A stretch of 64,000 nucleotides of DNA from Oceanispirochaeta sp. (GTDB lineage Bacteria > Spirochaetota > Spirochaetia > DSM-2461). Every line of letters begins with the position of its first letter. Position 1 is the stretch's first letter. Below the pieces are notes generated by a model. That model did no database searches. It was not told the origin of the DNA and saw only the letters and a list, made by a program, of their open reading frames with translations. Shown one piece after another: positions 20,668 through 28,242 of the stretch. The stretch spans positions 256,001 to 320,000 of the forward strand of contig CAXXXD010000001.1 in the NCBI GenBank assembly GCA_963663385.2, given 5' to 3'. A program made the position numbers and the translations under genes.

Positions 20668-21978
20668 GCTGGATGGATGCCCTGTCAGAGGGATCCGGAT
20701 TTTGAAACAGGCCCCTCCCGTTTCGGAGGGGATATACTGTATTTCCCCTCTGAGATTCAGGGTTACCAGATTATAGACAATATGCAGTCCCAGACCGGAC
20801 CCGCCCTCATGTCTTAATGTCGTGAAAAAAGGTTCATAGATTCTGTCCAGGATGCCGGAGGGAATACCCGGTCCGTCATCCCGGTAAAGGAGTTCCAATA
20901 CATCCTTGTCACGGACAAAGGAGATTTCAATATTCCCGCCTGAAAGGGAATCCTTGAAACCGTGCCTGACGGAGTTAAACAGCAGATTACTGATTATCTG
21001 TGACCAGATCCCCGGTACAGTTTCTATCTCCAGTTTGTCATCCCCTTCCACAACGACATTGTGATGTTTCCATTTCGGTCTCAGACTCCGGACAACATCC
21101 ATCAGGTAGCTTTTAAACAGAATATACCGGAAATCCTCCGCGCCCTGATCTACGGCAACCCTTTTGAAGGACTGGATAAGATCAGAGGCCCGCTGCATAT
21201 TAACCAGGATCAGAGAGGTTGATTCTTTCAGGTACTTCATAAAGTCCAGCAGATCCTCTTCTGTCAGCTCTTCATTCCGGTACTCTGTTTCAACTTTTTC
21301 TACTTTGCTCCATAAAGCGCTCGATACAGTAACGCCAATACCGATGGGTGTATTGATTTCATGGGCAACCCCGGCAACCAGCTCCCCGAGAAGAGCCATT
21401 TTTTCCGAAAGGAGAAGCTGCTTCTGTGTCGCCTTCAGCTCCTCAAGGTTATTCATCAGTTCCCGGGTCCTCTCCCGGACTTTATCTTCCAGACTCTGAT
21501 TCAGTGTCTTCAGATCATTTTCCGCACTGATCAGCTGACTCACATCCCGTCCGAGAATCACATAGAAATCCTCATTTTCTAGGGTTACTTTTTTAAAATA
21601 CATCATCCTGGAGATGACGTTTTCCGTTCCCTCCTCATCTGTAATTACGTCCTCTGTTATAATCCGTTCGGATGAGGACGCATCCAGATGAGGAAAGTCT
21701 ATTCCGGCCTGCTCTACTATAGGCCTCCCCAGCAGGGCCTCCCGGTTTTTTTTCAGAAAATGCTCTGCCGTAGTGTTAAGGTCCAGAATCCTGCCTTTTC
21801 CATTCAATACGATGATGATATCCGGAATGTTTTCCAGAACCGCCCGGAAACGCTGCAGTTCCTGACGGGAGTGCTTCAGATCAGAATAATAGTTCTTGCG
21901 GTAACTTTTCTCGCCCAGCCCGATTACTTTTTGACGGAGGTCTTCTCTCTCTCTATTTTCGGGGGAAGGTTCTTTCAT
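20647..21978 (-). CDS. Cytoplasmic PAS histidine kinase, ErcS-like
   Basis: N-terminal IGLGEKSYRKNYY motif, PAS domain, AHEINTP H-box, DDGPG, FFTT and GSGLGL. Confidence 0.88.
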   Translation of the reverse strand: MKEPSPENREREDLRQKVIGLGEKSYRKNYYSDLKHSRQELQRFRAVLENIPDIIIVLNGKGRILDLNTTAEHFLKKNREALLGRPIVEQAGIDFPHLDASSSERIITEDVITDEEGTENVISRMMYFKKVTLENEDFYVILGRDVSQLISAENDLKTLNQSLEDKVRERTRELMNNLEELKATQKQLLLSEKMALLGELVAGVAHEINTPIGIGVTVSSALWSKVEKVETEYRNEELTEEDLLDFMKYLKESTSLILVNMQRASDLIQSFKRVAVDQGAEDFRYILFKSYLMDVVRSLRPKWKHHNVVVEGDDKLEIETVPGIWSQIISNLLFNSVRHGFKDSLSGGNIEISFVRDKDVLELLYRDDGPGIPSGILDRIYEPFFTTLRHEGGSGLGLHIVYNLVTLNLRGEIQYIPSETGGACFKIRIPLTGHPSSLAEHSL

Positions 21979-23110
21979 AAATACTCTTGATATCCTCTTG
22001 TTCTGCTTCTCTGGGGTTCGTTACCAGACAGATATCCTTGAGAGAAAGAGCGGCAAGGGTCCGGCATTCCTCTTCTGTCAAAGCGAAACCGGACACTTCC
22101 CTGTCAATTCCGGTTATCTCTATAAGCCGGTCAAGCTCGAAGGACAATCCGTCGATTCCCGGGGCAGGAAGCCTCCCCTGCCCGGCGGCCAGCAGAGCGG
22201 TGATTCTGTCATATCGTCGGGGACAGGCCGAATAATTGAATCGACAGACATTCTTCAACAACAGCCCGTTACATATGCCATGAGGAAAATCTTTCAAACC
22301 TCCCAGGACATGTGCCATGGCATGCACCATTCCCAGACTGGCATTGGAAAAGGCCAGTCCGGCTTCCAGAGAGGCCTGCATCAACCCGTTCAGAAGAGCC
22401 ATATCATGAGGTTTCTCAACAGCCATTACCAGATTGGCTCCGATCAGTTCAATAGCCCCCCGGGCATGCCGGTCCGTGATAAAGGAATGGGCTGTTGAAA
22501 CATACGCTTCTACTGCATGGGTCAGAGTATCAAGGCTGACGGCGGCCAGCAGATCCGGACTCATGGTTGTAAGGGTATCCGGATCAATTATGGAAATATC
22601 GGGAACCAAAGCTTTGGACACAATGGCTATTTTTCTGGCTTCAGTCGTATTGTTAATAATGGCAAACTGACTGACATCCGCAGAACTGCCGCAGGTTGAG
22701 GGAATACATATCAGGGGAGGAATGGGCCGCGGGATCTGATCAATCCCCTCAAAATCGAGGATATATCCGCCGTTTGCAGCGACAATCCCGATCCCTTTGG
22801 CGGCATCAATAACACTTCCTCCGCCTACGGCAATTACTACATCGCAGTTATTTTTCCTGTAAAAATCAGCGCCTTCCATAACCTGGAAGTCCCGCGGATT
22901 CGGGAGGATCCGGTCAAAAACGACATAGTCAAGGTCTCTGTCTTTCAGTTGAGATTCTACCCTTGTATACCAGGGAGTACGCCTCACCACCGGATCGGAA
23001 ACCAGAAGAATCTTCGTCGCACCCAGATGTTCGGCATATTGGGCTGTCAGCGAAAGGCTTCCGGATCCGAAAATGAATTCCGGGGCAACAAATTTTCTTA
23101 TACTATCCAT
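21953..23110 (-). CDS. ercA: Iron-containing alcohol dehydrogenase-like regulatory protein, ErcA-like
   Basis: RKFVAPEFIFG start, GGGSVID, SSADVSQFAII, DTLTHAVE and HAMAH; overlaps the kinase gene. Confidence 0.8.
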   Translation of the reverse strand: MDSIRKFVAPEFIFGSGSLSLTAQYAEHLGATKILLVSDPVVRRTPWYTRVESQLKDRDLDYVVFDRILPNPRDFQVMEGADFYRKNNCDVVIAVGGGSVIDAAKGIGIVAANGGYILDFEGIDQIPRPIPPLICIPSTCGSSADVSQFAIINNTTEARKIAIVSKALVPDISIIDPDTLTTMSPDLLAAVSLDTLTHAVEAYVSTAHSFITDRHARGAIELIGANLVMAVEKPHDMALLNGLMQASLEAGLAFSNASLGMVHAMAHVLGGLKDFPHGICNGLLLKNVCRFNYSACPRRYDRITALLAAGQGRLPAPGIDGLSFELDRLIEITGIDREVSGFALTEEECRTLAALSLKDICLVTNPREAEQEDIKSIYERTFPRK

Positions 23111-23173
23111 CAGATAAACCTCAGAGTTGAATTCTAAATGAAACAGAAGAAGACTGCAAATTCCAAGCACTAT

Positions 23174-23200
23174 TTATCGGGAAGAACCGGAATGCTATTA
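23174..23200 (-). promoter_or_regulatory. Sigma-28 (FliA)-like promoter
   Basis: TAAT-N16-CCGATAA, with the same spacing as the site at 4070-4096. Confidence 0.55.
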
Positions 23201-23293
23201 ATCAACCAGATTTCCCGGTTCCTGTAATGAATAATTAGAAAATACCTGCGGAATGAAGAGAACCTCATCCCCCGAAGGGAATCGTATAAGTAT

Positions 23294-23322
23294 CCGGGGT
23301 TGAACAGGACCGACAACCCCGG
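23294..23322 (-). terminator. Hairpin downstream of the URO-D family gene
   Basis: Stem CCGGGGTTG/CAACCCCGG; weak U-tract. Confidence 0.5.
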
Positions 23323-23334
23323 CGTTTGGTGATA

Positions 23335-24321
23335 TCAGGCGACAGGAACCCTTGCGGCTTCCATAAACGCTTCCAGGTTTTCATCTGGTGTTTCCATGGG
23401 GAGGTCGCATCCGGCGCTGAGCACGAAGTTTTTATAGGGTTTCATTTTTTCCATCAGAGCTGTTGTATCGGCTTTCACGGATTCGGGGGTTCCCTGAAGG
23501 AAAACCTGAACCGGATCCAGATTTCCGATAAGAAGAACATCTTCGGGGATTTTCTGAATGGCGTCCACCATATCGATCTGCCAGTCCACACTGAGGGCTG
23601 CCGCTCCGCTGGTTCCCATCTTTTCTATTAAATGGGAAGTATTACCGCAGATATGCAGTATCAGAGGCTGATTGTCCACCTTCTCCTGAATTTCCCGGAA
23701 GGGGGCCAGGGAGAACTCATCAAACTGCTCGGGAGAGATCATCATAGCCGTGGGTTCCAGCATACAGACCATATCGGCTCCGGCGTCAAAGAGTCTTTTT
23801 GCATAACCGGAGATAACCTCTACGGTAAAGGGCAGAAAGGCTTTAACCAGATCAGGATCCAGGATGGTGTTCATAGTCAGCTCGTTTACTCCCATCATTT
23901 CCCCCGCCAGGGTAAAGGGTCCGCTTACGTAGGGAATGGTTAACCCCCTGTTGTCGGCAGCCATATTTTTTACAACCTCCACATACATATCCATCCGGCC
24001 GCCGTTGCCTGTCCAGGCCGATTTTACAGCTTCCAGGTCTTCCATTGTTTTAATGTCATGGCCGGAGACATGGGGGCTCTCGTTCTCTCCCATTTCCACA
24101 GGGAGTCCCATAGCTTCCGCTTCCACGGTCAGGTCCATAAGCATGCACATCCCGTCCGGCTGAAACCGGTCTCTCAGGGCACGCAGGGTTTTAAGCTGTG
24201 TTTTCCCATCGGTCAGGTTCTGTTTGAGGGTCGTGTTTGTCATTTTGACGCCGTTTACACCCATCAGGGGCAGCACAGGAACATGCCCCAGACTTTTTAC
24301 TTTTTCTACGATTGATGACAT
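23335..24321 (-). CDS. URO-D/MtaA-CmuA family methylcobamide methyltransferase
   Basis: DLTVEAEAMG, GPFTLA, ILHICG (Zn HxC), GNLDP and LSAGCD. Confidence 0.85.
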   Translation of the reverse strand: MSSIVEKVKSLGHVPVLPLMGVNGVKMTNTTLKQNLTDGKTQLKTLRALRDRFQPDGMCMLMDLTVEAEAMGLPVEMGENESPHVSGHDIKTMEDLEAVKSAWTGNGGRMDMYVEVVKNMAADNRGLTIPYVSGPFTLAGEMMGVNELTMNTILDPDLVKAFLPFTVEVISGYAKRLFDAGADMVCMLEPTAMMISPEQFDEFSLAPFREIQEKVDNQPLILHICGNTSHLIEKMGTSGAAALSVDWQIDMVDAIQKIPEDVLLIGNLDPVQVFLQGTPESVKADTTALMEKMKPYKNFVLSAGCDLPMETPDENLEAFMEAARVPVA

Positions 24322-24510
24322 ATCTTAATCCGCCTTTATTTGCAACTTTTTAAATTATTATATGGCTGTCAAGGGATTAAAGATGGCCGGTTCTTTTGAA
24401 TTATTGTACTATTTTATCGGGTTTAGCTAACGGGCGACGATTTATATATTACTGTTTTTGTATTATTTATATGTCAAGTAATAATAGAAACATCGTTTAA
24501 AATAATAACC

Positions 24511-24624
24511 ATGCCAAGAAAGATGACCGTTGAACTTCTGCCTATACAAAATCAGGACGATAACAATATTGGGAAAAGAATAGCAAATATTAGAAAACAG
24601 CAAGGATTTGAGAGCCATGAATGA
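24511..24624 (+). pseudogene. Truncated XRE-family HTH regulator
   Basis: Manual translation MPRKMTVELLPIQNQDDNNIGKRIANIRKQQGFESHE*. Helix 1 is present, but the sequence diverges where TQxELA is expected. Confidence 0.7.
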
Positions 24625-24636
24625 ACTAAAGGAAAA

Positions 24637-24906
24637 TCAATCCAAATAGACATTCTTACGATGTCCGACTATTACAACGAGGATGACAACTTCGTTATCG
24701 ATAATATCGCAGATGATCCTGTAATCCCCGACTCGGTATCTCCACAGGCCTCTTTTATCACCCACAAGAGCTTTTCCCTTGGTTTGCGGGTTCTCCAGTG
24801 TGGCAACCTCATCTTCAAGATAATCAAGGATCTTTGACTGCCACTTTTTATCTATCTTATTAAGCTGCTTTTTGGCAGTGGCCGTAAAATCAACGTTCCA
24901 GGCCAA
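24637..24906 (-). CDS. relE: Type II toxin, RelE/StbE family
   Basis: GKALVG..GLWRYRVGDYRII and VGHRKNVY. Confidence 0.93.
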   Translation of the reverse strand: MAWNVDFTATAKKQLNKIDKKWQSKILDYLEDEVATLENPQTKGKALVGDKRGLWRYRVGDYRIICDIIDNEVVILVVIVGHRKNVYLD

Positions 24907-25102
24907 GTTCTTTTCTCATATCCTCAATTGAGGTACGGGGTTCTTCTTTTTCCAGAACGGCAAGGGCCAATAGACACTCTTCCCTTTCTTCCAGGTAGTT
25001 ATTTATGGCTTCTTTCACATAATAGCTTTTGCTCCGGCCGGTTTCTTTTGCCAGACGGGTTAATTTATCTTCAACAGACGAATCAAGGCGTACTGCCAAC
25101 AT
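24890..25102 (-). CDS. relB: Type II antitoxin, RHH/RelB-like
   Basis: MLAVRL...LAKETGRSKSYYVKEAI; AGGAGG SD; overlaps the toxin gene. Confidence 0.88.
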   Translation of the reverse strand: MLAVRLDSSVEDKLTRLAKETGRSKSYYVKEAINNYLEEREECLLALAVLEKEEPRTSIEDMRKELGLER

Positions 25103-25117
25103 TTCAGGCCTCCTTGT

Positions 25118-25154
25118 GTATAACAAGTATAACATTATAAGTAAAAGCAATCAA
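25118..25154 (-). promoter_or_regulatory. relBE sigma-70 promoter with tandem operator repeats
   Basis: TTGATT-17-TATACT on the minus strand; GTATAACA direct repeats at 25118 and 25127. Confidence 0.65.
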
Positions 25155-25168
25155 TTCAGCTATCAACC

Positions 25169-25317
25169 GAACCAGCAAAAGCAGGAGTTCGTTCCTCGAC
25201 TTCGTCTGCGGTACGACTCCGAGGTGAACAGAATGCAGCATTATCGGATCAGCGAAGAATGAGCTTCGGACAATGTCGTATTCTGTTTAGCGACTCCCGG
25301 AGCGGACTTGCGGGTTC
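25169..25317. repeat. Long branched palindromic element (attC/REP-like)
   Basis: Ends GAACCAGCAA/TTGCGGGTTC (9/10 complementary); internal hairpins at 25184-25220 and 25227-25287. Confidence 0.55.
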
Positions 25318-25378
25318 TCAGCCGGAAAAAATTCATATTCAGACCGGAACTTTTTCACCGGCGAAAAATAAAATTCAG

Positions 25379-25437
25379 TCATAACAAGAATATTGCTGCC
25401 GTTTCCCTTCGGTCACAGCAGAACAATGGTGTTATGA
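25379..25437. repeat. 59-bp attC-like imperfect palindrome
   Basis: TCATAACA...TGTTATGA ends with inner TGCTG/CAGCA and CCG/CGG; abuts the stop codon at 25438. Confidence 0.6.
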
Positions 25438-26154
25438 TTAAAATGAAAACAATTTAAATGGAGGATTTGTATATTGTCTTAATTCTCCTGTGTAATCTCT
25501 ACGAAATGCTATGACTTTTATTAAGTAGTCCCTTTCCTTTGAAAATGGTTGTGAATATGAAAGAACTCCAAGGTCCATTTTTATATTATCAATTTCATCA
25601 ACAGATACCAACTCTGATGAATTTAATTTTGAAAGATCAATTTCAAGATTATCTTTTGAAGTCATAAATGAAAGTGCATCCTGTTGAGTTTTAACATCTA
25701 TCAAAAAGATTCCATAATAATCAGCATACTTTTTACTAATAATCTTAAGTATGGATTCATTCTTCTTTTCTACCCTAACAGGACTTGCTGGATACAAGAT
25801 AATTTTTTGATTCAAATCACTGATCTTGTATACAGAATCCTGAAGGAAGAGAAATACTGGGTTATTAATTTTAAATTCATCATCTTCTTTATTAGAAACA
25901 CTCCTTAATAAGAATTTGACGTATATCTCATCTTTTTGAGGTTCAAACTTAAAGAATTTCAAGCCAAAAATATTTAATTCCTCATCTCGAAGAATATTCC
26001 CATTCTCATCATAAGTCTTAAAATCAATTGTATAGTCCCAAATATGACTTTCTGAATCCGAATTATTAATACTTCCTTGGATTACATTACCATTAACTTT
26101 GCAACTGGCAAGAAGTAAGATTAAAAAAATCGATCGAATGCTCTTTTGTACCAT
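25438..26154 (-). CDS. AT-rich lipoprotein, candidate RHS immunity protein
   Basis: Lipobox LLLASC; overlaps the 3' end of the RHS C-terminus by 34 bp; very low GC. Confidence 0.7.
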   Translation of the reverse strand: MVQKSIRSIFLILLLASCKVNGNVIQGSINNSDSESHIWDYTIDFKTYDENGNILRDEELNIFGLKFFKFEPQKDEIYVKFLLRSVSNKEDDEFKINNPVFLFLQDSVYKISDLNQKIILYPASPVRVEKKNESILKIISKKYADYYGIFLIDVKTQQDALSFMTSKDNLEIDLSKLNSSELVSVDEIDNIKMDLGVLSYSQPFSKERDYLIKVIAFRRDYTGELRQYTNPPFKLFSF

Positions 26155-27245
26155 GGTCTTAAATCTTCCTTTAATGCTTTATCTATTAAGCTTGGAGATT
26201 GATGTCTAAGCTTTTCGTTTGCTTCCTTCTCAGGTAATGGGTCTCCCGATGGACTATTTGAATACAAATCATTATCAGGATTTTTTGAATCTGTAGTGTA
26301 TACTTCGTAACCGTCTAATCCTTCTGTCTTTGGATTATCATATGTTACTAAATAGTTTTTACCAAATTCTGAATTATTCATTATTTCAGCAGCATTTGGA
26401 CCAGAAAGTGCACCTACTTTTCCATAACCATTATCATGAGAATCCAAGGCTCCTAAACTTTCACCCATTCCCAGTAATATAGAACCATCCTCATATGTAT
26501 ATGTCTTATATTTGGGATCAGAATTGGGGTCAGAAATCGTTGGGCCATCCCGATGTTCTGGGTTACCATAAGGCCCTAATTGTTCTATCTTCTCTTTGAA
26601 AATTTCTTCTTCTGATTTTTCTTTCTTAGGGGCTTCATATGGTTCATTCTTCTCGGATTTATCTTCGTCATCATCATTCCCGTAATCATCACCAGGAACT
26701 CTGCTCATCCCGGATGGATCTATAAATTTAAGTGGATTGTTTGAAACATAGATAAACCAGTTTTGGCCATCCCGAGCCGGGTCCTCGGAGATAAACCGAC
26801 CGGTATCCGCATCATACCACCTGGCATTGTAGTAGTAGAGCCCGGTGTCTTCATCGAGATCCTTTCCGGTATACTTCAAATCCACATCATAGTAATCATC
26901 CGACTTCTTAACAACCGCATCACCAAAAGGCGTAGCCTCGGAAGACCAGACCTTTTCACCCGAGCATTGGTCATAAGCACGGTTGATCCCTGATGATCGG
27001 TTCCGTAATAAAGAGTCTCATCCGCTGTTACACGGGCCAGATGTCTATTCTTTAAAAAGACCGAAGTGATCACTTCGCCGGACTCCTTATCAATCTCTTC
27101 CAGGACCTTACCGGACGTATCGAATACATAATGGGTCTTCTTCCCATCCCTGTTTTCTTTCTCTACCCGGTATCCGTCTATATCATACAGGTAACGGGCG
27201 ATATTTTCCACGTTGTCACGATCAGCAAACAAACCATTTTTAATA
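26121..27245 (-). pseudogene. 5'-truncated, frameshifted RHS repeat-associated core protein with an unknown C-terminal domain
   Basis: YYGTDHQGSTVLMTNA, then a frameshift near 26962, then GEKVWSSEATPFG...YTGKDLDEDTGLYYYNARWYD...NPLKFIDPSG. Confidence 0.85.
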
Positions 27246-27268
27246 TGATGAAAGTTTTCTACATACAG

Positions 27269-27493
27269 ATGAAATCTCTGGAATCCCTTCTGGATGAAGC
27301 GGAGGAGCATCTGGACAGACGGAATCTGAGGTCTGCTGAAGACTGTATCTCACGCGCTCTGGTTGTGGATGAAAGGTCTGTTGAAGCTCTGTACCTTCAG
27401 GCTGTTTATTACTCTTTGAATGGGGAAGCTGAGAAATCACAGATCTCTCTTGATACAATAAGGAAAATCGATCCAGACTTCCCGAGAAATTAA
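27269..27493 (+). CDS. Small TPR protein or C-terminal fragment (start uncertain, 27245 or 27269)
   Basis: TPR-like AEDCISRALVVD...EALYLQAVYY...IDPDF; no clear SD. Confidence 0.55.
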   Translation: MKSLESLLDEAEEHLDRRNLRSAEDCISRALVVDERSVEALYLQAVYYSLNGEAEKSQISLDTIRKIDPDFPRN

Positions 27494-27594
27494 AAAAACC
27501 CGATTCCTGAGAACCGGGGCCTGAATTCAAATGAATAGAGTCTAATACAATTCAAGCAACGAGAGAAACTTCTCTTTGCCGATGGTATAGAGGA
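27492..27594. repeat. Degenerate direct-repeat copy of the lysS 3' end plus terminator
   Basis: Aligns to 28189-28295 with a few substitutions and indels; the minus strand encodes LYTIGKEKFLSLLELY*. Confidence 0.95.
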
Positions 27595-27601
27595 CACGGC
27601 T

Positions 27602-27820
27602 TTACTCCGTATGATTCTGGATATACTCTCTCAGAGCAGCATTCATCAATGTCTGATAACCGACTTTCTGCTCTCCTGCCAGTTTCCTGAAGTAAAGGAT
27701 AATATCGTCGTCCAGACGAATGGTTGTCGGTTTCTTGCGGGGAACGTAGAACCTTCCTCTCACTCCTTTTGAAAAATCATATTCGTCTTTTACTTCAAAC
27801 TTATCTTCCGACTGTTTCAT
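27602..27820 (-). CDS. brnA: BrnA family antitoxin
   Basis: EYDFSKG, TIRLDDDII and GYQTLMNAALREY. Confidence 0.9.
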   Translation of the reverse strand: MKQSEDKFEVKDEYDFSKGVRGRFYVPRKKPTTIRLDDDIILYFRKLAGEQKVGYQTLMNAALREYIQNHTE

Positions 27821-28091
27821 ACTGTCTCTGCTCATGGACTGTAGCCTCCCTGGCACTGATAATTCGAATAACCTCTTCATAGTTTTCATCAAAATATAAG
27901 TTGGCAACAACCAGCAGTTTTCGTTGACCGGTCAATCCTATCGTTATCCACCTTTCTTCAAAATAACTGAACCGTTCATCCATAACGGCCAGATGCAAAG
28001 GATCATCAAATACTTCTCTGGCTTCTTCAAATGAGATACCGCGTTTTTCAATATTGCTTTGATTCTTTTTTATATCCCATTCGAACCTCAT
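27801..28091 (-). CDS. brnT: BrnT family ribonuclease toxin
   Basis: MRFEWD..KNQSN, GISFEEA, EERWITIG and IRIISAREAT. Confidence 0.92.
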   Translation of the reverse strand: MRFEWDIKKNQSNIEKRGISFEEAREVFDDPLHLAVMDERFSYFEERWITIGLTGQRKLLVVANLYFDENYEEVIRIISAREATVHEQRQYETVGR

Positions 28092-28188
28092 AATTAATGA
28101 TACCCCCCCTCGTACATACATCGTCAATACATAAGTTTTAACCTTACATTACTAAATGCAGAGTAAAAGTCCGATAGAATTCAGAGTC

Positions 28189-28220
28189 AAAAAAAAGCCC
28201 CGGTTCCTGAGAACCGGGGC
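28189..28220 (-). terminator. lysS Rho-independent terminator
   Basis: Perfect stem GCCCCGGTTC-CTGA-GAACCGGGGC followed by U8 on the minus strand. Confidence 0.9.
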
Positions 28221-28242
28221 CTGTAATTCAAATGAATAGTGT

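Larger units (their letters stand above)
24400..28240. mobile_element. Decayed accessory island at the 3' end of lysS (boundaries approximate)
   Basis: AT-rich; two TA pairs, RHS pseudogene, XRE remnant and lysS 3' duplication; no integrase. Confidence 0.7.

Noticed and set aside
24450..24480. ATATGTCAAGT as a dif/XerD arm
   Set aside because: No matching XerC arm; AT-rich context; equally explained as a minus-strand TTGACA.
27240..27310. N-terminus of the listed ORF 26876-27310 as a real RHS start
   Set aside because: It is the antisense of the TPR ORF; RHS similarity stops near 27245.
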